From positions 24,180,001 through 24,244,000 of the forward strand of contig NC_086122.1 in NCBI RefSeq assembly GCF_963921235.1: a stretch of 64,000 nucleotides of DNA, in the 5' to 3' direction. Below, one piece after another: positions 51,286 to 62,517 of the stretch. The notes under the pieces were generated by a model, which saw only the letters and a list, made by a program, of their open reading frames with translations, was not told where the DNA came from and did no database searches. A program made the translations under genes and the position numbers. The stretch is from Mobula hypostoma (Eukaryota). The number at the start of each line of letters is the position of its first letter. Position 1 is the stretch's first letter.

Positions 51286-51832
51286 CACTTAATGGCCACT
51301 TTATTGGGGACCTCTTACACCTAATTAAGTGGCTACTGAGTGTATGTTCATGGTCGTCTGCTGTTGTAGCTCACTCACTTCAAGTTTCGACATGTTGTGC
51401 ATTCAGAGGTACTCTTCTGCACACCACTGTTATAACTGGGTGAATGACTGTCACCTTCCTGTCTGCTTGAGTCAGTCTGCCCATTCTCTTCTCACCTCTC
51501 TCATTAACAAGGTGTTTTGGTCCACAGAACAGCTGCTCTCAGAATATTTTTTTTACCATTCTCTGTAAACTCTAGAGACTGCTGTACACAAAAACCACAG
51601 GAGATCAGCAGTTTCTGAGATACTCAAACCACCCCGTCTGGCACCAACAAGCATTCCACAGGCAAAGTCACTTAGATCACATTTCTTCCCCATTCTGATG
51701 TTTGGTCTGAACAACAACTGAACCTCTTGACCATGTCGGCATGCTTTTGTGCATTGAGTTGCTGCCATATGATTGGCTAATTAGATATTTGCATTAATGA
51801 GCAGGTGTACCTATTAAAGTGGCCACTGAGTG
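51286..51832 (-). mobile_element. Non-autonomous Tc1 derivative (three-TIR family), complete copy
   Basis: MGKKCDLSDFACGMLVGARRGGLSISETADLL…VSRVYREW; TIRs start at 51286 and end at 51342 and 51832. Confidence 0.88.
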
Positions 51833-52384
51833 TGTCTTTATCTAGCAACAGTGAGACAATAAGTCAACAAAACACAGAACAGTATCACCATGAACACTTT
51901 CTCAAGAATTAGTCAACATGTGGTTAACCAAGTATTTAATCCAAGAACGACAGAACAAAGCTGTTGCTGCTTTTCGTCAGTGTTTGGTTCATCAAAACTA
52001 AATAAGAGGGAAATTTATGGCAGCTGAAGTCCAGTTAGGTCAAAACTGTATTTCAGAACATGAAGAAAATGTCCTTACTTCTAGAAAGTGTTTTAAATAT
52101 TTGTGCCATCAATGCATGAGATGCATATTAACCTTGAGTTTTCAATCACTGTAATATTGACAATTCTTCCAATGCTTTCCCTTGCATCTTACATGAAAGT
52201 CACCTTCTACATGCCAGCTTAGATTTTCACTTAAGTATCCTTTAATGTAAGAGTGAAATTGCACACTGCATGGCAAACGGTAAACTACAGTAGAATTAGA
52301 GTATGTACTTTTAGAGCATGTACTTTCTCCATTTTGTACTATTCTCTTCAACAAATGCAATTTTTCTGTGCTGATGGGCTTATA

Positions 52385-52913
52385 CAGTACTGTGCAAAAG
52401 TCTTAGGCACATATATGTAGCTAGGGTTTCTAAGACTCTTGCACAGAACCGTATTTGTCAACGTGGAGCGGAGAACGAGTTTGTAAATCTGGCGGGAGCA
52501 AAGGATGTTGGGAATGGTGAGGGTGAAGAGACGGCGGGCGGGGCGTGGGACAGGTAGGATAGGAGGAGTGCCCGGGATGGCATGAGTACAGACACACTCA
52601 ACCCCCTGTCACCTGGCAAGGTCATTTGATTCCAAACAATTTATTGATCATTACAGAATATCTCTCTGGTGCTTCCTGCTCCCTCCTCTCTCTTTTCCCC
52701 TTTTTCCAACCATGATTCCCCTCTCCCCACACCCTTCCCACTCTCAATCTACAATAGAGATCCATATCAGGTTTATGCCGTGAATTTATTTTTCCAGCAG
52801 CAGTACAGTGCAATACATACAATTACTACAGTACTGTGCAATAGTCTTAGACACCCTAGAGTTAGATATATATATATACACACACATACACTTAAGTCTT
52901 CTGCACAGTACTG
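52385..52913. mobile_element. Composite Tc1/mariner MITE, second copy
   Basis: Mini-MITEs 52385-52451 and 52829-52913, TA flanks, cargo homologous to 31530-32496. Confidence 0.88.
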
Positions 52914-53831
52914 TAGACTGATATAAATTTATTTGCTATTATTATGAGAAAATTTGGAGTATTAAATAGCAGTGTGGTACTTAATTCTAACAAAGATATT
53001 AAAATTATTTTCAAATTAATTTTTAATGAGATTTGTTTGTCAATTTATATCTTTGTTCTCATTGAGTTTCACCTCACCACATTGATCCGTATGTCTGTTC
53101 AAGTTTTTATCTCAGTGTTGTTTATTGGGGCTACACTCAGTGGACACTTTATTAGGTACACCTGTGCACCTGCTTGTTAATGCAAATACCTAAGCCAAAC
53201 GTGTGGCAGCAACTCGATGCATAAAACCATGCAGACTTGGTCAAGGGCTTCGGTTATCGTTCAAGCAAAACATCAGAATGGAGAGCAAAAATGTGATCTA
53301 ATTAATTTTGACCGCGAATGATTGTGGGCGCCATATGGGGTGGTTTGATTGTTTCAGAAACTGCAGATCTCCTGGGATCTTCCTGCACAACAGTCTCTAG
53401 AGTTTACAGAGAATGGTGCGAAAAGCAAAAACATCCAGTGAGCAGCAGCTCTGTGGGCGAAAACACCCTGTCAACGAATGAGGCAACGCTTTGAATGGAA
53501 AAGCCTACAAAAGTTAGTGAATACAGCCCGATCCTCCACAAGGAGCACTATGGTAGGAAAGCAGCATCCATCACAAGAACCCCTACCATCCAGGCTATGT
53601 CCTCTTCTTGCTCCTGCCAAGAGCACGAGGTCCCAAATCTCCAAGATCTGAAAGAGTTATTACCCCTCAACCATCAGGCTCCTGAACCAGAGTGGATAAC
53701 TGCACTCACCCCAACACTGAACTGATTCCACAACCTATGGACACACTTTCAAGGACCCTATAACTCACGTTCAGAATATTTATTATTGTTTTGTATTTTT
53801 GCTTTTAAGTACTGTATATGCAGAATTTGTT

Positions 53832-54023
53832 GGGGTGTATGGGGTGTCAGGGAGGGGTAGCACCTCTGGTGGGGGAACATGTCACGTCCTTTTCGGGGCG
53901 GTTAGTCCACCTTTGATCCCCACCTGGCACTCAGCTCTCACCTGTGGCTCCCCGTAGCTGTTTGCATGCGACAGCGGCCACAGCCCAGGCAACGGCTTTG
54001 ACAAGCCGGCTAAACCAGGTGAG
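53832..54023 (+). ncRNA. HDV-like self-cleaving ribozyme fold (this copy probably impaired)
   Basis: P1 GGGGUGU/ACAGCCC; P2 CUCACCUG/CAGGUGAG; P3 GGC/GCC; L3 begins UCC; P4 CGGCUU/AAGCCG; J4/2 GCUAA with C54010. Confidence 0.7.
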
Positions 54024-54339
54024 GGTAGCCGATGGGTCTCAAACCCTCGGTGAGATAGGGAGTTGTCTATCCCAGCATGTGAAGACAGACTCCGGCGGAT
54101 TGAGCGGACGAGACGAATGGAAGGTCCAACGGTCAAGAAGGCGGTTTCTGCAAGCATCGTGGAACGTGTAGAGCAGGACAAGACACAGAAAATGTCCTGG
54201 TCATCCATTGTGCCTAGCCCCATCTCCAGCCGTCTCGACTCTTGACTTGCCACTGGTTCCAGATGGGAATTAGGAAGAGAGAGTGAGGCAACTCTCCCTC
54301 ACTTAAATCCAAATCAAGCGCTAGTCTCGACACCATCAA

Positions 54340-54482
54340 GCCGGCTGGTGGTGCAGTGCCATCAGCGCCAGACTCCGGGAGCGAAGGTTCCCGAGTTCAA
54401 ATCCAGTCGGCTGCTCCCAGGCATGCTTTCCATCCGTGCCGGGTTGAGTGTCAAGCTGGCAATGCGACCCTGTAAAAAGTAC
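54340..54482 (+). mobile_element. Short tRNA-derived SINE nested in the RTE retroposon
   Basis: A box tggtgcagtg, B box gttcaaatcc; gccggctg/cagtcggc stem; short A tail. Confidence 0.7.
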
Positions 54483-54599
54483 TAATGGCATCGAGGTCTT
54501 CATCGATGACGATGGACGAACCTTATGCAGAATTTGTTGTCTTCTGCACATTTGTTGTTCATCTGTCTTAGTTTGCATGCAGTTTTTCATTGATTCTGA

Positions 54600-55460
54600 A
54601 CCTGGGCCTCTGTACCTCCCTCTGCAACTGTATCTTTGATGTCCTCACTTGGAGACCACAGTCAGTGCGGATCTGAAATAACACTTCCTCCTCAACAATC
54701 TCACTCCTCAAGGATGTATATTAGTGCACTGCCCTAGTCTGCCTACACCCATGACTGTGTGGCTAGGCACAGCTCAAATGCCATCTATAGATTTGCAGAT
54801 GACACAACTATTGTTGGCAGAATGTCAGATGGTGACAAGGAGCTGCACAGGGCCAAGGTAGATCAGCTGGTTGTGCGGTGTTGCAGTGGCAACCTTGCCC
54901 TCAACATCAGTTAGACCAAGGAACTGACTGTGGACTTCAGGAAGGGAAAGTCGAGAGAAATAACACCAGTCCTCATCAAGGGATCAGAAGTGGAAAGACT
55001 GAGCAATATCAAGATTCTGGCTGTCAACAACTCTGAAGATCTATCCTGATGCTATTACAAAGAAGGCACGACAAGTGGCTATACTTCATTAGGAGTTTGA
55101 GGAGACTTAGTATGCCACCAGAGACACTCGCAAATTTCTACAGATGTGCTCTAGAGAGCATTCTAACCGGTTGCATCACTGTCTGGTGGGGCCTCTGCAC
55201 AGGAATGGGAAAAGCTGCAGGAAGTTGTAAACTCGGCCAGCTCCATCATGGGCTCCAGCCTCCCCAGCATCGAGGACACCTTCAAAAGGCGATGCCTCAA
55301 AAAGCTGGCATCCATCCTTGAGGACCCCCATCACACGGTACAGGCCCTCTTCTCAATGCTACCATCAAGGAAGAGGTATAGGAGCTTGAAGACACACACT
55401 CAATGTTTTAGGAACAACTTCTCCTCCTCCTCCATCGGGTTTCTGAATGGACAATGGACA
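54600..55460 (+). mobile_element. Rex1/Babar RT fragment
   Basis: LGLCTSLCN…YTHDCVARHSSNAIYRFADDTTIVG; LYFIRSLRR…NFYRCALESILTGCITVW. Confidence 0.9.
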
Positions 55461-55498
55461 ACGGACAAGAAGATGAATTTCAATGCAGTATATGGTGA

Positions 55499-56133
55499 AG
55501 GGAAGAGAAGGTGGCGCGACGCAGCGCGCGCGGCCGTTCCAGATGAATATCGATATGTGTAACTAGGGGCTGTGCATCAATCTGGATTTGATGCGGACAG
55601 CTGTGAAAGCACAGAGGAACATCTGGAGTAACTTCTGAAATGCCTGTTTTGCTGCCACTGCTACTGTGTGGTCCAGAATCTCCGGATACGTAGGCCCCAA
55701 ATCCTCGGCTTTGCCTATTGCCTGTTGCCGGGGCCGAAGCACTCGGCAGAGATGGTGCTCGGTGCATCAGTGTCGGGAGGTGGTCGGAGGCTCGGAGTTT
55801 TTTGGACGGACTCAGACTGTGGTCGGATGCTTCCAGGATGCTGCATCGGCAAGTTGGCAGCGCTGGAGGTTTACCGTCTGCATGAGATGATGCGACTTTC
55901 GAGTGACTCTAAGACTTTTACTGTACCATGGTCTGTTCTTATCAAATTACGGTATTGCTTTGCACTGTTGTAACTATATGTTATAATTATGTGGTTATTG
56001 TTAGTTTTTAAGTCTGTTTGTCATGTGTTTTCATGATATCATTCTGGAAAAACATTTTTATCATTTCTTAATGCATGCATTACTAAATGACAATAAAAGA
56101 GGACTACGTGTCGTCATAATCATAATATCATAA
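55499..56133 (+). mobile_element. Family X retroposon, full length
   Basis: 5' gagaaggtggcgcgacgcagcgcgc; same 3' tail as the other three copies. Confidence 0.8.
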
Positions 56134-56754
56134 ATACTTAGATAATGTGACAGTAACGCAGATAACCACACATTCCAACAGTGGCATGCAGAAGAGCATC
56201 CGTGAACGCACAACACGTTGGACCTTGAAGTGGGTGGGCTACAGCAGCAGAAGACCACGAACATACACTCAGTGGCCACTTTATTAGGTACCTCCTGTAC
56301 CTATAAACTGGACACTGAGTGTAGATACACTCAGAAAAGCCTGCATAAGTTACTTTGATAGTTCCTTTAGGATATTATTGGGGCTATCTAGGAAGAGTGG
56401 TAAAGAAGGCAGGTGATGGATGCAGGGCTGGTTTGGTCATTATGTTGAAAAGCTGGGGAAGGAGAATAGGTTATCATAACTATTTGTCCATTACATGAAC
56501 TGAATGGAGACGTTCCTGAGAGAAGAAGTAATATCATTCAGGTTCAGGGAAAGCAAGAACAGAGCAAACCATTTGTGATGAGACAATACCACAACAGTGA
56601 TAGGATATGATTAGCTAAGATTAGCTTTATTTGTCACATGTACATTGAAACATCTAGTGTAATGCTTGATTTGCATCAAATCAAATCAATGAAGAATGTG
56701 CTGGGAGGACCACAAGTGTCGCCACACTTAGAGCACCAACATCGCATGCCTACA

Positions 56755-56940
56755 ATTTACTAATCCTAACCGTACATTTTTGGAACGTGGGAGGAAACTG
56801 AAGCTCCCGGAGGAAACCCGAGCACCCGGAGGAAACCCACGCGGTCAAACTCCTCGCAGGCAGCAGCAGGAACTGAACCCAGGTTGGGTATCACTGTTGG
56901 TGTAAAGCGATCGTGCCAACTGCTACACTGCCACCCGCCC
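56755..56940 (-). mobile_element. V-SINE-like fragment
   Basis: gtgggaggaaac…cccggaggaaaccc (internally duplicated), the V-domain motif; tRNA-like head. Confidence 0.7.
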
Positions 56941-58449
56941 CTTGTCATAATTCAACTTAATCTGATTTAGATTTAATCCAATCGAGTAACCATTGTTTTA
57001 TGGGAAAGTGCTGTTTTAGAAGATAAAAGTGGAACGTTATAGCTTTTGTTTTGTCTGTTTGAGATCAATGAAATTCCACTTCCAAGACTTGAAGTCAGTC
57101 AAGTCATCAAGGAGCAAAATGGTGATGAAAGGGGCAAAAGAGGCAGCAGAAAGTAAAGCTGGCATCACGCCTATGTGAGTGAAAGATTTCCTCTATACCA
57201 ACCAATATCATCAATGAGGGGTGACTTTGGGTCAAGAAGAAAGAAAGATAATACTAGCGTTTTTATGCGTGCCCATTGCAAATGTAAGAATTGAATGTAA
57301 GAAGTGTAAGAATCCAGTCAAGAGATATAGACCATGCGGCAACCAGAGAAGGGCTGTGGGAGAGATAAACATAGTTTGGAGATCTACAGTGATGACCACA
57401 GATGGCTCCATTGAAGATTAAGAACTCCAGACACTACGTTTTACAGTGCATTGTTCAGTGACTTAATACACTTGGTAATTTAGATCAAAGCTGTCAACGT
57501 TTGCATTTACAGTGTGATCCTAATGCTGAAAGGCAGTGCAAGCTCCTCAGACTTTGTTGGCCTCACTCTCAATGTGCATGCCATCAAAGTGCAATGACAT
57601 ACGGAGTGATATCTTGATTGCTTAGGACGGCCACTGAATGGAAATTTTGATACCAGCTGGTCCATGCAGTGGATAAGGAGGAAACATCCCTAGCTGACAC
57701 AGCTCAAACAACCTTCCTGATATCATGATGAATGATTGGCAGATCAGTTTGCTCATTGCATGAAATTTGTCATCCATCAGGAGCTCTAAACATTAACAGC
57801 AATGCATTATACCATGGATCCACCATTCATTTCTAAATTTTGGAGCCAGTCTGCAATGTGCCATCTCTAATCGTTGGAGTGTTCAGTGCCGCTGACCAGG
57901 GAGAGGTTACCTTCTGCATCAAGCTGAGCTATTGACTCTGGAGCTGCCCAGCAGGAGTACGTGTGCTTTGTCTTTTTTTCCTAAAAGGCAGCACCATGTA
58001 TCACACTACATTTCCTTCCCTTGCAAAGAAATGAACTGAACAGTGAACAAGATAATATCGTGAAGAATTTGGCAATAATAGTTCCTGGCAAAATGCTAAA
58101 AAGTACTTTATACCCTTCAAAACCTTAGAGTAAGAAACAGTCCTTCCAATGTACAGAAAACGATTTGAATTGCTGTGGTATTTTTAACTGTGGAATTAGA
58201 GAACTCATATACATAATCCCAAGAGCTTAATTATATGGTTCTGTGTGAGTAATAGTATTCTTTGACCAGTGCTGTCAGTGATCTGTTGCGTTGGGATAAT
58301 AAATCAGTTCATAAAACATCAGCCAGGAGTTACTAGAAGTGCAACTTAATTGAGCACTTAATCAAGCTCAAGCTCTACAGAAAGTCCATCTTAAAATTTA
58401 CGGACTTCGCCAAAAACTTTATCGAGTGATATCTTAGAAGTGTTTTATT

Positions 58450-58725
58450 TCTTCAGAAATGCAGTGTGGAGCAGACAGCTCCAGCCCAAAGCCCAGCAAC
58501 CCGCCTCTCTAACGCTAGCCTAATCACAGGGCAATTTACAATGACCAGTTAACCGGCTAATGGCACGTCCTCGGACTGCGCGAAGAGTCCCGAGCACCCG
58601 GCGGAATCCCGCGCGTTCCTTTGGGAGGACGTACGGCTCCTCGGCGATGGCATCGGAACTGAACTGCGAGCTCCGACGCGCCGAGCTGTAATAGCGTCGT
58701 GCCGACCGCCACGTTACCATGGCCA
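58450..58725 (-). mobile_element. V-SINE-like element, unusually CpG-rich
   Basis: ctagcctaatcacagggcaatttacaatgacca; same family as the copies at 18675 and 20215. Confidence 0.78.
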
Positions 58726-59599
58726 CCATAGTGAAGCTGGAGAAATACAGTGATAGCTAAAGTGGTTAAATACAGTTCTTCCATTACTCCAAGCTTATGT
58801 TCATTGAACTCTCATAAATGGTCCCTTAGTGCATGAAGAAATACTGCTCGGACCTGTGGACAAAAGATGGAGGGAAATTCGCCAGTTTAAAATGTATCCT
58901 TTATTAACTTTTCCTTATACATTCAGATTCCCCTTTATATTCCACAGTGGGTTCTCGCTGTGTGCTTTAGCTGCAAGGCTGGGTGATGAGAGCGTTGTAG
59001 AGGAGGGCGAAGCATGTTCCCACTGATTTGGTGGCATGTTTTGTTTCGAGAGTGACAGACAAGGTGACATCTCCATCTCGACTCTTCCTCTAATTTTCCC
59101 CGTGCAAGAAAGCACTCGCAAAGCGGCACCCTACGTTACTCGGTTCGTCAGCCTTTTCGGAATTAATGTCACTTACGTGCAAAAGTTCAGCCGAAAGTCG
59201 TCAGTGCAATTATAGCGGGTCAATTTTGTCACTAAAGATTTGCTACTCTTAAAAACAGCGTATGCCTATACAAGACAAAACGACTGAAAGAGATGTTGAG
59301 GAAGCTACAGCATCAACCTGAATAATATCAAGGTGCCAATCCTGTTACAGAACTCTTTCAGTCTGTGGGCGACTAGATATTTCAGTAACTGTGCCAGCGG
59401 ATACCCTGCCTAATGTGCCATCACCTCCCCTTTAATACATTTGCAAAAAAAAAAATTCTCCTCCGCAAAACAAAAACAGGATTTTTTTTAAAAAGGAGTT
59501 AAAACCCAAATAATTAAAACTTTCATTTTGTACGTTAGCCGCGCGTCAGTGTTGTTGGAAAATGTTTCTCAGATGTTCTACTTTGGAGCAAAAAAGTAA

Positions 59600-60000
59600 T
59601 TATAGTCACCCGGCGAGATCGGGGTGCTGACCTCCTAGAGTGCTGTGTGTGACACACAGTAAAACGATCACGTATCTATTTCTGTGGCTGCTTATAACAT
59701 CAAATCGCCAAGGATCAGGGGAAAATACATTGCGATCTGGTAAGTGGCAGAAGTTAATAATTAGTGACAATGATTGACAGGTATGCTCCATCTGCTGCTC
59801 TGCAGCCGGAGAGCACGCATTCAGCAACTGTCTCTAGGCAAAATTAATTCCTCTGGGAAAGAAAAAGACTATGATTGACAGCTACCTTGGAGACAGATCG
59901 AGCCACAATGTCGTTGCCAGTAATGACTTTTGTGTGTAAACATCTGAGCAGGAGAAGGGGTGTGCAGATTAGTAGGTTAGCCACCAATTAATATATATAT
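59600..60000. promoter_or_regulatory. Candidate TALE-homeodomain (PBX-MEIS/PREP) enhancer
   Basis: Two perfect TGATTGACAG decamers (59771-59780, 59872-59881), TAATTA cores, FOX tgtaaaca at 59935, inside a ~1.6-kb repeat-free block. Confidence 0.55.
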
Positions 60001-60364
60001 ATTTTTTAAAATAGTTATTCTCCTAAAGTCCTTAATTTGCCGTTCCGAAGTTTTAAGTTATTGTTTTTAGCTTTTATTCTGAAGCTTTCCCCGTTTCATT
60101 ATGAAGCAGAATATTTAAGAATCTATATACCTTAGCAAATTCCTCAGTAAGATGTTGAAGCTGATTAGCAAATAAATCTGTAAAAGAAATATAGCCTTAT
60201 GGTTTGCATTAGATTAATTTAGTGGAGGTTGGATTCCCAAATCAGTGTGCTGGGAAAAATTAAGCAACTTGCATACAGTTTAAGATGGCTAAAACTTGGG
60301 TCAATATGCACAATTAATTCTGAGAATAAACTGCTTACTTGAGTAAAATGATCCTCTTACACAT

Positions 60365-61237
60365 TGAATCCTTTTGAGTATTGAAGGGCCCAGATGGAGT
60401 GGACGTGGAGAGGATGTTCCCTATAGTGGGGGAGTCTGGGACCAGAGGACACAGATAGAGTGGACGTGGAGAGGATGTTCCCTATAGTGGGGGGAGTCTG
60501 GGACCAGAGGACACAGATAGAGTGGACATGGAGAGGATGTTCCCTATAGTGGGGGGAGTCTGGGACCAGAGGACACAGATAGAGTGGACGTGGAGAGGAT
60601 GTTTCCTATAGTGGGGGAGTCTGGGACCAGAGGACACAGATAGAGTGGACGTGGAGAGGATGTTTCCTATAGTGGGAGAGTCTGGGACCAGAGGACACAG
60701 ATAGAGTGGATGTGGAGGGGATGTCCCCTATAGTGGGGGAGTCTGGGACCAGAAGACACAGATAGAGTGGATGTGGAGAGGATGTTTCCTATAGTGGGAG
60801 AGTCTGGGACCAGAGGACACAGATAGAGTGGATGTGGAGGGGATGTCCCCTATAGTGGGAGAGTCTGGGACCAGAGGACACAGATAGAGTGGATGTGGAG
60901 GGGATGTCCCCTATAGTGGGAGAGTTGAGGACCAGGGAGCACAGCCTCAGAATAGTAGGACGTACCTTTAGAGCAGAAATGAGGAGGATCTCCTTGCCCA
61001 ATGGGTGGTGAATCTGCGGAATTCATTGCCACAGACGGCTGTGGACTCCAAGTCATTGGGTATATTTAAAACAGAGTTTGACAGACTCTTGATTAGTCGG
61101 AGTGTCAAAGGTTACGGGGAGAAGGCAGGAGAGTGGGGCTGCGAGGGATCGTAAATCAGCCATGATGGGATGGCAGAATAGACGTGATGGGCCAAATGGC
61201 CTAATTCAGCTCCTACGTCGTGTGGATTTCTGGTCTA
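60365..61237 (+). mobile_element. CR1 3' end carrying a VNTR
   Basis: ttgaagggcc..gat.gagtggacgtggagaggatg…gtggtgaatctg…gatgggccaaatggcctaattc. Confidence 0.85.
60391..60941 (+). repeat. 61-62-bp minisatellite x9 derived from CR1 ORF2
   Basis: Units start at 60391, 60452, 60514, 60576, 60637, 60698, 60759, 60820, 60881. Confidence 0.96.
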
Positions 61238-62517
61238 AGATGCATTGCAGCTGTTTAGCTCACTCTGAATACACGTGTTGCTGGCAACAATGGCTGATTA
61301 CATATCAGCTGAAAGGAAGTAAATGATAAGCAAAGATATTTTCCTGCTTGTTTGGTGTTGGTTTGGCTGCCTAATGCATCCATCCCAACGGTCTAGACAG
61401 TTTTTCATCAAGTTTACTTCCTGAACCAAGAGAGGCATCTGTACAAGTTATCCACTTTTAACGGATTTTAATGAGCCATTTTCTCTAATGGGATCAGAAT
61501 GATACGAATCCTCACTTACACTGCACCTACTGTTAGAAATGGTGGGCTTGGCAACATTGGAAGGAGTACATTGTAAACCTATCGATTTAAGAGCTAATGA
61601 TAGATTACACCAAGACATAAACTAAGTTTGTGCCCCTATGCATCTCTGTCTGTGTCCGTCTCAAATGAATGGGCTAATCCCACCACCAGGAACAGGCAAA
61701 GGTGAATGCGAATACGTGCATCTCAGAATCCACCAGTTCCATTTCAGTTGCATCATCTAACAGCTTAAACAGAAAAAAATGCAAGGAATGAAAAATTGCG
61801 AGGGACACTATACTTTGGGCCCCGATCGTTCCTGTCACTAGAAAGAAATGAAGTGCCCCTCCATAAAGAACCCTTTTAAAAATCAAACGCTCACATAGAA
61901 TTTGTTTTGAGCTCCTTTTGTTCTGCTCCATTCATTTTCATTGATTTTTGTATTTAACCTTTTTGGTTAAATGATACAGGTTGGCACAAGGATTTGAGTT
62001 TCTGCCTGGACAGCTCACCAAAGCGCATCAGTGTTAGGGAGTTGAAGATATATTTTGAAAAGTAAGCCTGGGTTAATATCGTTTTAATACAAATGGAAAC
62101 TCAGCTTCAAGCTATCATCCCACCATCACCACCCACGTTATCACAACACAGTCAAAGTAAATAAGAGAGAGATACAAGTTAAACAGTCAAGTAAATAAGC
62201 AACTTTTTAAAGATCATTTTTACCGTAATGAACTTCTCATGGGACTTTTGAACTGTGTGTCCTGGGCACAGTGAAAGGATTGCATTTATATGTGGACCTT
62301 TGTAGTTTCCTGCTTGCTAATTCAAAGATTCAAATCACATTTATTATCAAAGAATGTATAAATGATACACCTTGAGATTTGTCTCCTTACAGGCAAAGCA
62401 AGAAACCTAAAGAACCCAATTTTTAAAAAAAGGCCAAAAACCACTGCGCAGAGAATGAGAGAAAAAAAAACTCAAATCATGTAAACAATAGAAGCAAGCC
62501 AACAGTTCAAAGTTAAA

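Larger units (their letters stand above)
53832..54523 (+). mobile_element. Full-length non-autonomous RTE-type retroposon
   Basis: TSD tatgcagaatttgtt(g) at 53817-53832 and 54524-54539; 3' end gagagagtgaggc…cctcacttaaatccaa…ggacgaac. Confidence 0.85.
53134..56321 (+). mobile_element. Three-TIR Tc1 derivative split into two halves (53134-53485, 56148-56321) by 2.66 kb of nested retroposons
   Basis: Left TIR at 53134; halves are colinear with the 51286-51832 copy with ~40 bp missing; terminal mini-MITE at 56266-56321. Confidence 0.75.

Noticed and set aside
60391-60941. CRISPR array
   Set aside because: Whole units repeat with no unique spacers, the sequence is CR1-derived, the context is eukaryotic and there are no cas genes
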